In this document: positions 10,494-22,078 of the stretch, in pieces | Layout: each line of letters begins with the position of its first letter | Numbering within the stretch: the first letter of the stretch is position 1 | Assembly: GCA_965261545.1 (NCBI GenBank) | Contig: CBDHDF010000007.1 | Coordinates: 96,001 to 160,000, forward strand | From: Bdellovibrionales bacterium | Lineage (GTDB): Bacteria; Bdellovibrionota; Bdellovibrionia; Bdellovibrionales; UBA1609 | Direction: 5' to 3' | DNA length: 64,000 bases | The notes under the pieces: generated by a model | Databases searched by the model: none | Seen by the model: the letters and a program-made list of their open reading frames with translations, nothing else | Told to the model about the DNA's origin: nothing | Position numbers and translations under genes: made by a program

Positions 10494-11024
10494 ATGATGA
10501 ATCTTCTGTGGGAAAACCTCTTTAGGGGGCGAGAAAGAAAAGAAGTCACAAAATTACTGAGAGAAAACTACTTGTTTCTGCAACTCGGTCCTGGGGAGTT
10601 GAACTTTCTTGAAGATTTTGTTCACTCAAGGGAATATCGGTCTGGAGAATTTTTGTTTAAACAGGGAGACATCGGCCTTGGAATGTATATTATTTCTTCA
10701 GGAGTCATTGAAATTGCTGTGGGGCCACCCCACGACGGACAAACTCAGGAAGAAATTTGGAGCACCCGCTTGAAAGAAGGCGATTTTATGGGAGAGATTG
10801 CGTTGACGGAAGAAAGAGGAAGAAGAACGGCCTCTGCTAAAGCTCTTGAAGATACCACTGTTGTTGGTTTCTTTAAATCTGATCTCATGGAAATCACGAA
10901 AAGAAGGCCCTCTCTTGGAGCCAAGATTTATGGAAGATTGGCTCAAATTCTAGGCAAGCGTCTCAAAGAAACAACCAAACATGTGATAGACTTAAAAAGA
11001 GAACTTCTAAGAAAAGATGTTTGA
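10494..11024 (+). CDS. Cyclic nucleotide-binding domain protein
   Basis: FKQGDIG..MYII.SG, GDFMGEIAL and RTASA motifs. Confidence 0.9.
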   Translation: MMNLLWENLFRGRERKEVTKLLRENYLFLQLGPGELNFLEDFVHSREYRSGEFLFKQGDIGLGMYIISSGVIEIAVGPPHDGQTQEEIWSTRLKEGDFMGEIALTEERGRRTASAKALEDTTVVGFFKSDLMEITKRRPSLGAKIYGRLAQILGKRLKETTKHVIDLKRELLRKDV

Positions 11025-11038
11025 AAAAGGAGTAATTT

Positions 11039-12100
11039 TTGAATCTCCCTCATAATCAAGATAAATATTTAAAAAAAATGAATCGAATTAAACTTTTTGT
11101 CTGTTGTATTATCTTGGTCGCAGGATTATGGGTTCTTCTCAAGGTTGAGAACATGATGATCTCATGCCTTTTAGCTTTTACAATTCACTATTTGTTTTCT
11201 CCATGGGTGAATTATTTCGAACACCTTAAGCTCAATCGACTATGGGCAACCACTCTAACTTTGACCATCTGTATCGTGGGTCTCACTCTTTTTATTCTCA
11301 CCATGGCCCCTCTTATTTCTCAACAGGTGATTACTTTTCAAGAGGAGCTTCCCAAGTACATGACAGGAATTTCTGATCGCATTGGACAAATCGAGGATAA
11401 AATCAGCGAGACTCTCGGTGATTCCTTTGACCTGAATCTAAGTAGTAAAGTCGAAGAACTCTTGACCCATTGGTCCTCTTCTCTTTTTGAAGATTTGGCA
11501 AGCTTTCTCTCTCACTCTTTGACCACTCTTATGTTGACTCCATTCTTTGCCTTCTTCTTGCTTAAAGACGGACGCCGCCTTTTTAAGAGCATGTTTTATT
11601 TTGTGCCCAACCACTACTTTGAACTCGTGCTAAGCTTACACCACCAAATTCATGAGCAAATAGGTCTTTTCATTCGAGCCAGGCTGCTTGAAGCCGCCAT
11701 TGTGGGCCTTGTGGTTTGGTGCGGTTTGATTGCGATCCAGTTTCCCTTTCCTACAATCCTAGCTCTCTTTGCCATGTTGACCAACCTCATTCCCTATGTG
11801 GGGCCTTTTATTGGAGTTGTACCCGCAGTCATTATTGCATTTATCAATGGTCAAGGATATTTTGATTCCGTACTCATGCTTAGTGTTTACGGCTTGGCTC
11901 AACTCATTGACGTTCTCTTTATCATTCCCCTTGTTGTTGCTAAAATTGTAAACCTTCACCCTGTGACAGTAGTGGTTTCCATTATTATTGGCGCCCAACT
12001 CATGGGCATTGTGGGCATGATCATATCCATACCCATGGCCAATGCCATTAAGGTCACCACCACCAGTATCTACCATCACCTTATTCACTTTAGATCCTAG
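11039..12100 (+). CDS. AI-2E family transporter
   Basis: FFLLKDG, NLIPYVGPFIG and LHPV...G.MGIVGM..SIP motifs. Confidence 0.9.
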   Translation: MNLPHNQDKYLKKMNRIKLFVCCIILVAGLWVLLKVENMMISCLLAFTIHYLFSPWVNYFEHLKLNRLWATTLTLTICIVGLTLFILTMAPLISQQVITFQEELPKYMTGISDRIGQIEDKISETLGDSFDLNLSSKVEELLTHWSSSLFEDLASFLSHSLTTLMLTPFFAFFLLKDGRRLFKSMFYFVPNHYFELVLSLHHQIHEQIGLFIRARLLEAAIVGLVVWCGLIAIQFPFPTILALFAMLTNLIPYVGPFIGVVPAVIIAFINGQGYFDSVLMLSVYGLAQLIDVLFIIPLVVAKIVNLHPVTVVVSIIIGAQLMGIVGMIISIPMANAIKVTTTSIYHHLIHFRS

Positions 12101-12450
12101 AGATATCCCTTCACAGTTTACGATCAAATCTCAAATTATTATGGACTAAACGGGTCCTAATAAGTCTCTCAAGTGGCAACGTATTGGGTCGTAACAGGTT
12201 CTTATTTTGTTGTGGAATTTTTCTTATGTTATACTTATGTTATGTGCGCCAAGCGAAGCTGGCTTTGTTAGTAAGTTACCTGAAATCCCCTTCAGTCAAC
12301 AACTTGCACGTGCTTCCTTAAAGTACAACAGACTCACATTTTTTATCAAAGATACGTAGATGATATCATCATTCTCACAAATACAAAAAATTTTTTACTT
12401 TTTTTGAAGAGCCTTGATTTCGTCTTCAGAAAACTCTGTCACTGTAGTTA

Positions 12451-14595
12451 GTTCCTGTCCAGGGAAGAAAGTTAAGTAGTTTTAAGTATTTACATGCCTT
12501 CCCTTTAGATTTTATGCTTTAAAATGGAGTCCATCAAACATAATCCGTGTAAATTCAGTTACTTACATAAAACGGAAAAATAAAATAAGTTCCCCCCCCT
12601 CTCTTGACGAACCTTTCACAGCCCCTCCCTTTCAGTGACTTATGTGGCTATCAACTGGTTACTTGATATGAGAGGAAGAGTTGGATCAACCTGTGTTTCC
12701 ACCGTGGTGATTTCAAACCTCCTTCAGGGAAATAACATTACGTTGCGCATCAACTTCAAAAAATACTTGACGTGTTTTTTCAGAGAAATAATTTTTGATA
12801 TTTTATTCTTCATTTATTTTTTATGTAGGTTTTAGGAGGCGTGGGAACCTCTCTATGAGGTAGAATTCTTATCCATGTTCTCCGAGAACCTCTCTGATTT
12901 TTTTCTTCTTAAAAGACATCCTTGCTCACTTTTTTCCCTCAAAAAAACGTATGTTAATATAAAAATTAAAGAGAAACTTTCACCAAAGGGGGGACTATGC
13001 GCCATTTGAAGAAGACACAGTTGGGACTCTTTTCCCAATATCCTAACCACCAACTCAGTACAGAATTGCAGCAAATTAATAACATCATTGATCGCCATCC
13101 AGAGTTTGCCCATATGGTTCATGAAGACCTTGTTAAAGAAAAGAAAGATTCTGGTGATATTGGTATGACATCGGAGCAAGTTCTCAAGGTGGCTATTCTT
13201 AAATCCATAAGAGGTCTTTCCTATCGTGCGTTAGCCTTTAATCTTGTCGATTCAGTATCCACCAGAGCTTTTCTGGGCCTTGAATTGGAAGAAAATTACG
13301 CTCACTCCACCTTACAGGACTTGATTGTTCAAATAAGTGAAGAAACTTGGGGAATTATTAGCGCCTCTTTAGTTTCAGATGCAAGAGATCAAAAGATTGA
13401 GCCGTGTAAGAAAATGAGATTGGACAGTACAGTGACGAAATCAAATATTCATCATCCAACGGATGCATCCCTTTTATATGACTGCATAAGAGTTACAGAA
13501 AGAGAATTTAAAAAAGTTCGTAAAAATGTCATGAAAGATTTTTGGCGACTTATTTCAAGAGAAGATCTTAAGAGAGCAAAAACCTTGCTTTACAAAATTA
13601 ATAATTCCAAAAATGATGCGGAAAGACTACCTTGCTATAAGGAGCTTTTAAAAATCGCTACCAAATTGAACAAAGGATTACCTGATACCATCAGAAAGAT
13701 AAAAAAAGAACAAAAATGTGTGAAGATGAATGCTTTGAAAAAGAGTCTAAAACAGTTAGAAAATGTTGCCTTCTACCTGGAAAAAATCATCTTTCAAACT
13801 CAAAAAAGAGTTATTGAGGGGAAAAAAGTATCTTCTGAAAAAAAGGTCCTATCCATCTTTGAACCGCATACAGACATTATTGTAAAGGGGCAAAGAGAAG
13901 TCGAGTTTGGGCATAAAATCTTTTTGACCTCAGGGCAAAGCAACATGATTTTAGATTGTCAGATCCCTGATGGCAACCCCGCAGACTCTGATATGTTTTT
14001 AAAAGTTATGAATTCAGTGACACAAACCTATGGGGCTTGCCCTGTAAAAGTAAGTGCAGATGGTGGGTTTGCTTCAAAAGAAAATCTTGAAGAGGCCAAA
14101 GAGATGGGGGCTAAAGATGTTTGCTTCCCAGAAAAAAAAGGAATGAAAATATTAAAGATGGTTAAAAGTGCTTGGGTCTTTAAAAATCTTCTCAATTGGA
14201 GAGCCGGAATAGAGGCTGTTATTTCATTCCTTAAGAGATGTTTTGGTATGAGAGTTGCTTACTGGAAAGGGCATGATGGTTTTAAGAGGTATGTAAAGAA
14301 TGCCGTTTGTGCCTATAATTTTGTTGTCTTGGCAAGACATGAATTATCAACTGTCACCTAAATTTATCCATTAGGAATAACAGCAATGGACCAGGTCGAA
14401 GGTGCTAAAATCTTCCAAAGGTAGGGGTGCGTCTTCAAATCGAAAAAACTAGGGCGCAAGTCGCTTAAAGACCTTTTTCCCCTTAATCTGTAGAGTTTGT
14501 GTGGCAAATCTCCAACTCTCACTCCCCCATTGAGGCATTGGGAGGCTCAATGGGGAGTGTCAGAGAACAAAAAATGGGCCTTTCTGGACAGAAAC
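12451..14595 (+). mobile_element. ISNCY-type (IS5-like DDE) insertion sequence; transposase 12997..14361
   Basis: IRs gttcctgtccag / ctggacagaaac and a 6-bp TSD TAGTTA (12445-12450, 14596-14601). Protein motifs RLDSTV..IHHPTD, EFGHK, ADGGF and RAGIEA.IS.LKR. Confidence 0.9.
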
Positions 14596-14825
14596 TAGTT
14601 ATAACAGGAGCCTCTATACCTTCTGAAAGTAACTTTAAAACAAAAGCCTCCCTCTCCTCCCTTCGCCCTCTTTCAAGCCCTTTTTCAAGCCCTTCTTCAC
14701 GTCCTCTTTCAAGCCCTTTTTCAAGCCCTTCTTCATGGCCCCGATGGGCGGGTTAAACCAGGCCATTTGTGGGCGGGCAAACCAGGCCATTTAGGGCGAT
14801 CTGACAAGATGGGCTCACCCTACCT

Positions 14826-15596
14826 TTAATTTTTTATCTTGACAAGTCGGTTTGAAGCTTCCTTCAATCGGTAGCTTTTTCCCTCAAATTTTAATAGTTG
14901 GCTGCAGTGGAGAAGGCGATCCAGGATGGCAGAGGCCACGGTATTATCGCCCAAACACTTTCCCCAGTCCTCAATAATGCGATTGGAGGTAATAAGAGTG
15001 CTTTTTCTCGCTGAGTATCGATCCAGAATGATTTCCTGGAAGTCATCGCAAGCCTCTGGCGGAATGCGCTTTCTAAGAAAAAGATCATCAATGATCAACA
15101 GGTCCACATGGATGAGTTGGGTGTAGAACCTCTTTCTGCGCCCCAGCTGCCTGGCCTCAAAGAGATTTTCAAAGAGCTTGTGAGCTTCCTGATACAAAAC
15201 CTTGTAATTTGATATGGAACAGACCTTGGTGGCTATAGCTTTTGCAATGTGGCTTTTTCCAGTTCCAGGGGAGCCAATAAGCAAGGCTCCCTCCCCCTGC
15301 TTGATGAACTTCAAGTTCATTAATTCCAAGATCATTGGCTTAGGTATTTTTGGGTTAAAATTCCAATCAAAGCCGGTGAGGGTGGACTCTTCCGTGAGCT
15401 TGGATGCTTTGAGGAGCCTCTCACATTTTTTGCTTTTCTTGAAGTCCTTTTCATCCTGTAAGAGCAATGAGAAGGTCTCTTGGAGGCTTTGTTGATTCTG
15501 TGTGTGTTGGTAGCTTCGAGCCTCAAATGTTTCAAACATGCCTATAAGCTTAAGGCTTTTGAGAGTCTCTTGTATTTCTGTGGGTGACATTGGCAT
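14826..15596 (-). CDS. istB: IS21 helper ATPase IstB
   Basis: FDWNFNP, Walker A GSPGTGKSH, LLIIDD, ITSN, AILDRLLH and GKSYRL motifs. Confidence 0.95.
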   Translation of the reverse strand: MPMSPTEIQETLKSLKLIGMFETFEARSYQHTQNQQSLQETFSLLLQDEKDFKKSKKCERLLKASKLTEESTLTGFDWNFNPKIPKPMILELMNLKFIKQGEGALLIGSPGTGKSHIAKAIATKVCSISNYKVLYQEAHKLFENLFEARQLGRRKRFYTQLIHVDLLIIDDLFLRKRIPPEACDDFQEIILDRYSARKSTLITSNRIIEDWGKCLGDNTVASAILDRLLHCSQLLKFEGKSYRLKEASNRLVKIKN

Positions 15597-15638
15597 TGTG
15601 ATTGCTCCTTTCCTCTAGAAGAGGGGTTGGGGGGTGGA

Positions 15639-17571
15639 TTAAGTAAGGTTGGTGCTAGGCTGAGGGTGTAAGGGTGAGTGGTGGATTTCGTTGTTGGCAT
15701 GTAAATTCCAGTAGATGGCATACTCTGATGGTGGTCGAATGATGTCGTGGTCTTGGGTGAGGTGGGATTCGATTTTTTTCTCATCCACAGGGGGCTGTAG
15801 TTCCTCAACAAGTCTTTTAAAGACCCTAAGAGATAAGACCCCTCTGCTCACAGCCTGAATGGCTGCTTTTTCAATAAGATCAGAGTGATATTTTTTAGCC
15901 AAGGACACCACCCCACGCATCTGCCTGTTTCCAACTCTCTCATCCACCCTGAGTAATGACTGACAAAAAGCTTTTGTTTGAGGGCCAATCTGACCCGCAT
16001 CAGCTAAAATATTTTCTACATGGCGAGATGGATTATAAACACGATCTTTGTCTAGCAAAGAGAGACTCCCCGGGAGAGTGGCTTTTTGGTGGCGGCGGAT
16101 AACACTCATCGTGGCAGGGTCCATAATCTCTATGTCTTTATCATAAATACGCACAATGACTTGGCTCTTTAGATCAGAAGGGTAGGCGCAATAGTAACTG
16201 TTTCCCACTTGAATGAGCCCATCGTCTGCAACTGTTCGTATCTCTTGTTTAAAAAAATCAAATTTCTTTTGGGGGAGCTTTTTGAGAAAGGGGCTCTCTT
16301 CTTCAAACATCTCAGAAACGACCCGCTTGGTGCGACCATGGACTCGAGGGCGAGCCCAAGTGTGCTCCCAGTGCATGAGCCACTCATTTTGCTCCTCAAT
16401 GGTTTTAAATGAACGACCCTTCAGTGCTGTGTCTTGGGTGTGGTGAATGGCGTGCTCAACGGTTCCTTTCCTATCAGGATCACGAACTCTTGCCGGGTCA
16501 GCAACGACCCCGTAGTGAGTCAGTACAGCGCCATAAACGGCGTTCAGCGTTGGCTCATAGATATCTGGCTTAATAACACCTTCCTTGAGATTGTCTAAGA
16601 CGACATATTGAGGGCAGCCCAAAAAATAATGAAAAGCCTCCTCATGGAGTCTGCTCCACGTCTCTTGGCTGGACTTCCAAACAACCTTGCGAAAAGAGGC
16701 ACGAGAGTACTTGAGGGTCATCACAAAAAGGCGAGGCCGCCTATATTTGCCTGTCCGGGGGTGAACAGTCAGAGCCCCTTGGCCATAATCCACTTGGGCT
16801 TCCTCTCCGGGGGGAAAATCCAAGCGATCATAGCGTTTGGGAGTACTCTTCTTCAGCTTCCTTACAAATTTTTTCACGCTGTCGTAGGAGTGAGAAAAAC
16901 CAAATTTCTCCACTAAATCTTGGTAGATGGCCATTCGATTGCGCTCTAAGTTCAAAGCCTGATTTTCAATCCAAGCCCTGTGGGGCTCACAAGCCGACTG
17001 ATGACATAAGGGGCGTTGAGAGGTTTTATCTTTAAGAGATTTTTTCAATCCAGGTGGTTCTATACAGTCCGTGGATCCAGTTTCTGTGGGAGCAGCCATC
17101 GGTTCCACCATGGTTGTGGATGGGCGCGTGAGGCAGGCGGAGGAGTGCATGGAAGCCCCATCAGACACGACAAGACATGCTGAGCCTGATCCTATAGGGG
17201 AAGATGGAGGCGTTTCTAAGGGGGGGGGTGGCTTCCCCTAGAAGAACCTGCTGATTGAATTCTGTGGAGGAGACCGAAACTTCCTTGGGCTTTTCGAACT
17301 GGGCCACAGGAAGGCTTGGAGGCTCCGCAGAGCAAATTTCAGGAGAACATGAAGATGAACATGACTCTGCTTCTGAGCACACCGAAAAGGCTGGAGATTT
17401 TGGCTCTATACCTCCTGTACGCCCCTTTTTGGCAATGACCCTATGGGCTTTCGCATACTCTGAAACCGTAGATCGACCTACATGTAGCCTTTTCGCTATT
17501 TTACGAAATGAGTGACCTGCTATAATTAATGTTAATATCTCTTCTTGTTTTTGTTTATTCAAGACGTTCAT
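15639..17571 (-). pseudogene. istA: IS21 transposase IstA, frameshifted in a C9 run (17220-17228)
   Basis: HTH lies in 17161..17571. PGEEAQVDYG, DNLKEGV and KGTVE core lies in 15639..17168. A C8 run would fuse the two. Confidence 0.85.
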
Positions 17572-18424
17572 CCTTCCCTCCCAGGTTGTTTTCTAGAAGG
17601 TATTTTACAATACGCCTTGTCAGATATTAAATTTTAAATGGCCTGGTTTGCCCGCCCACAAATGGCCTGGTTTGCCCTCCCCTCCGGGCATGGGCTGTGT
17701 CGATCTGTGATAAACGATCTCGACGCTGCTTATCTTCAGCTTCAAGTCGCTCTCGCATAAGTTCGTCTTGAGACAAATTCCACAAATTTTTGACGGCTCT
17801 TCCCATGTCCCTTCCTTTTTTGGCTAGCTCTTGGCTGGTTTGTTGATCCAACTCATCCGATCTCTTTAAGAAATAGCACCATGCTTCACGCTGGTCAACA
17901 AGGCTGTCTAATCTGCCAATGAACTTGTTCAATTCTACAATGACAAATTGCATACCATCGGTGAGCCTCAAATGAGGGTATCTATCCTGCCTCATGCTGC
18001 ATGTGTGGTAATAATCGTTGTCCTTGCGTAGCTCAGGAAGGTCCACAGTACTGAAAACAAGGGAATAAACAGTTCTTAATTTCTCGTATCTTTCTCCTTC
18101 TTTCACTTGATTGGAGTAGACCCGTCCAGCATAGGCAAGAAGGCGATTTGTGAAGTCTCTTTGAGAGACGGTTTGCATCTCCACATTAACAGTTTCATTT
18201 TCGACCCACTCCCCACTGGATAATTGTCGAGAAATGCGAAGCTTCATGTCCAAGATGAAGGTTTTTCCCGAAGGCTTGCTCGCCTCTGAAGAGTTTTCTT
18301 CGGTATCCAAAAGTTGAACATGTTCCACCCGACAACCGGGTGGCAAAGGAAGAAAATCCTGCAACAAAGGCTTGAGCAATTCCTGGTCATGCTTAAAAAA
18401 TGCTTTAAAAGTGTTATCAAGGGT

Positions 18425-19841
18425 CAATGCCGTTTCCTTAAGCCACCACACCCCTCTGCCTCTGCGTTAAGCTATTTCTTTTAAAAGAACTCCCAGCCCT
18501 TTTGATAGACCTTTCATAGCTTCTTTTGAAGTGCCTCCTCTTCTCCATTGAAATCTTCATCAGCAACTTTATCTGCTTCCTAAATTTCTGATAGAGCCCC
18601 GCAACAAAAAGGGGGATGCTATCCATTATGAAATCAAGAATCAGTTTAAAGTTAGGTTTTTTGTAGTCATTTTTTACCAACTGATTCACACTGTCTTCAT
18701 CCTCATTTATGCTCATTTGAATCTTTGTATAATTGAAGAGCCAAAAATAAGAATACAGCTCTTGCAATATTCCATTAAGGCTTGTTGAGTGCCACTGCTC
18801 CATTTTCATTGTCGATGTAAAATCACGAAATGTCGTTTCTATTTCCCAACGACGAGAGTAAAGAGCAACCATATCCTTCTTGTCCAAGGAGCCATGCGGA
18901 AGATTAGTGGCCAAAACAGAGAACTCCCCAGTCTTTGGGTTTTTATACTTATAGAGATGAATGACCACCCCCTCAATAACCATTTGTGAATACCAACCTG
19001 GGCCATTAAATAAATTTACGATGGGGATAAAAGTAGAGCCTCGCTTACAACGCGCAATAAAGAAGTTACTGGCTTGAGCATGGGCCTTAATAATCTCTGT
19101 AGATAAATAAAGCCTATCGTAGAGAGTTATGCTATTACTCTCAAAACTACCTATCATTTGAATAGCATTGGCGATTTCGTTGAGAGCGGGAGAATAGCAA
19201 AGATTCTTTGTCACACCCGATAAAACGTCATAAGCATGAGATAGATACATACGTAAGAAATGAGTTTCCATCTCATTTGGGCAAGGGTACCCACAATAAC
19301 CCTCCTTTAAAAGATCTTTAGAGCGAGGAAGTGCTAATTGGTCGCCATCTATGGCATAGATATAAAAGCCATGAAACGTTTTTCTCAATGGTTCGTAGTC
19401 TGTAATCAGAGATTCAAAGATATTTTTAAAAAATAGGTAAGAAATACTTTGACGTATCTTGCTGAGACTGCTTTTGACTGGCATGAGAAGCAGGTCACCA
19501 AAATGAGTCCATACCGTCTTAAGAGCGATTTGGTAGCCTTCGTAATTTGTTCCGGAAATAAGATAGATAATAGTAAAAAAGAAAATTTGAGGATTAAATT
19601 TTCGATTCCTTTTTTGTTTTTCTGGATCGACAAGGTGCTCTGGCTTGAAGGAAGAATCAAGTTTTGGTAGAATAAAATGGTCATCTGTGACGCGAACTCG
19701 TCATTTGGGGGCTTTCGAGATCAATATTGGATTGCATGTGACTTACTCCTTGGTTGAGGGTTGGGTGTAAAATAAAACAAGTCTTATTCTTGTCGATTTA
19801 TCTAATAATTTCAAGAGATTTTTCTTAAGGAAACGGCATTG
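18425..19841 (-). mobile_element. IS4-family element copy 1 (1417 bp); flanks do not match
   Basis: IR caatgccgtttccttaag at both ends. DDE motifs AIDG, YDRLY and Y-x2-RW-x-IE (YREK). Confidence 0.92.
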
Positions 19842-20373
19842 ACTCCAGACTATACCTGGAATTGACGAATTAAGTGCAGCGCTTTTGATTGCAGAAATAG
19901 GAGGCAATGTGAAGTCTTTTAAAAATAAAGGAAATTTTTGCTCCTGGATGGGGATTTGCCCATCCAATAATGAGAGCGCAGGAAAAAAAGTCTTCACGAA
20001 CGAGGAAAGCGAACACATATGTGAAATCGTTGGTATGTGAGATGGCCAATAGTGCTATTAAGACGAATTCACAATTCAAAGGCAAATACCAATCACTTGT
20101 TATAAGGCGTGGGCACAAGAGATCAGTGATTGCCGTTGGTCACAAAATGATGGGAGTTGTTTATTCAGTCATAAGTAATGACACCCCCTACAAAGACCCT
20201 GGAATTGACTATGAAAAGCTCATGGTGAAAAAAAATGCACCAAGGTGGATTAGAGCGTTAAAAAAGTATGATTTCATGTAATGTAGGATGATTTAAAAAC
20301 TCGGACATTTGAAAAAATTCGAAGAACGGATAGTGGATTCGTGCGTCCAAACTACCCCGGAGATTCATAGTAA
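19842..20373 (+). mobile_element. IS110 3' fragment, truncated by IS4 copy 1
   Basis: Matches the 3' third of the full copy at 20374-22078 (A7 allele). Confidence 0.9.
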
Positions 20374-22078
20374 CATTCATGGGGGCGCCTTGCTTCCCCA
20401 CCCACGCCCATGAATCTTATCTAGGCCCCCACTTCTTTGCACGAAGCAACTCGGTGGACAGCTTCGCTGGTCTATATAATTGGCCTCTTTTAGTTACTCT
20501 GGACTTTTGATTGTATTTTTGTCATGTATGATTCCGATACAATAAAGGATAAAGCAATAACATTATTGGAAGGTGATAAGATGAGTGGCCGTTGAATAGA
20601 TTGGTAATTTTAATTCCGTGAAGTAACATGGTCTTGAGCTTTGGATCGAACCCACGCATGTACCTGCACTCTGAGTGTATGGACGTATAGTAAGTTGACC
20701 TATTTTCGCTTTAGAATTTATGGCAAAATCCCAAGGCTCTAGTTTTATCACCTTCTTTTTTTCTAACAGAAAGGAGGAGTCATGTGGATATTATTTATAG
20801 TTCTGTTTGTGGAATAGATGTTCATCAACATATGTTGATGTGTACGATTGTCAAAGTGGAAGACGGTAAGAAGAAGTTTTTCACAAAAGAGTTCAAGAAT
20901 TTTCCAAAAAATTTTCCTAGAATGCGCTCTTGGATGAAGCCACATAAGGTTGAGAGAGTTCTTTTTGAGAGCACAGGGATTTATTGGAATTCTTTATACG
21001 ATGATTTGACAGAAAAAGGTTATGAAGTAGATGTTATCAATGCCTTTCATGTCAAAAATATTACTGGTAAAAAAACTGACGTGTTGGATAGCCAGTGGAT
21101 TGCAGAGCTTGGTGCTTGTGGTCTTCTAAGAGCTAGCTTCATTCCTCCACGTGAGATTCGTTCTATTAGACTTTTGGCTCGTTATCGTACAAAAACGATC
21201 CGCCAAATATCTTCGGAACAAAATCGTATGTATAAGGTTCTTGAATATTCAGGCATTCGTTTAACCTATGCAATGTCTAAAGCTGACTGCGTATCTGGTA
21301 TGGCCATGATTCGTGCCATAGCTAATGGAGAGAGATCAGTTTCTAAATTGATGTCTCTTGCCAGAGGGTCTTTACGTCAAAAGACCGAAGAATTTTCTTA
21401 CGCCCTGTCGGGAAAGATGACGGAAGAAAATCGTTTTGTTCTTCAACGCATTCTTGATCGAATAGATTTTTTGAAAAAAGAATGCTCTCAAATTGAAGAA
21501 GAACTTTTCATTCGTATGAAACCCTATGAAAGGCAGTGGCATCTACTCCAGACTATACCTGGAATTGACGAATTAAGTGCAGCGCTTTTGATTGCAGAAA
21601 TAGGAGGCAATGTGAAGTCTTTTAAAAATAAAGGAAATTTTTGCTCCTGGATGGGGATTTGCCCATCCAATAATGAGAGCGCAGGAAAAAAAAAGTCTTC
21701 ACGAACGAGGAAAGCGAACACATATGTGAAATCGTTGGTATGTGAGATGGCCAATAGTGCTATTAAGACGAATTCACAATTCAAAGGCAAATACCAATCA
21801 CTTGTTATAAGGCGTGGGCACAAGAGATCAGTGATTGCCGTTGGTCACAAAATGATGGGAGTTGTTTATTCAGTCATAAGTAATGACACCCCCTACAAAG
21901 ACCCTGGAATTGACTATGAAAAGCTCATGGTGAAAAAAAATGCACCAAGGTGGATTAGAGCGTTAAAAAAGTATGATTTCATGTAATGTAGGATGATTTA
22001 AAAACTCGGACATTTGAAAAAATTCGAAGAACGGATAGTGGATTCGTGCGTCCAAACTACCCCGGAGATTCATAGTAA
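20374..22078 (+). mobile_element. IS110-family element with intact recombinase 20784..21986
   Basis: DEDD RuvC-like motifs (GIDVH, FESTG, KTDVLD), TIPGI, AEIG and catalytic-Ser region NESAG. No terminal IR/TSD; AA core at the junctions. Confidence 0.95.
20568..20756 (+). ncRNA. Candidate IS110 bridge/seek RNA
   Basis: Lies in the non-coding left end. Closing stem gaaggtgataa/ttatcaccttc and inner stem cttgagctttggat/atcccaaggctctag. Contains atagtaa, identical to the element's right end. Confidence 0.6.

Larger units (their letters stand above)
14739..17689 (-). mobile_element. IS21-family element (istA frameshifted, istB intact)
   Basis: Ends carry tandem gggcaaaccaggccattt boxes in inverted orientation and CATGG is duplicated at the flanks. 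Contains istA and istB. Confidence 0.9.
12395..18424 (-). pseudogene. Rpn/PD-(D/E)XK family nuclease gene split by IS21 and ISNCY and 5'-truncated by IS4
   Basis: Pieces 18424-17690 (TLDNTFKAFF, LDMK, NVEMQ), 14738-14596 (EEGLEKGLERG repeats) and 12450-12395 (TVTEFSEDEIKALQKK*) join in frame once the TSDs are removed. Confidence 0.85.

Noticed and set aside
12223..12250. dif-like site (ttatgtgcgcc resembles an XerC arm)
   Set aside because: No XerD arm at the required 6-bp spacing.
21686..21695. Programmed -1 frameshift in the IS110 A-run
   Set aside because: In the A7 copies the downstream ORF is in the +1 frame, so a -1 slip would not restore it.
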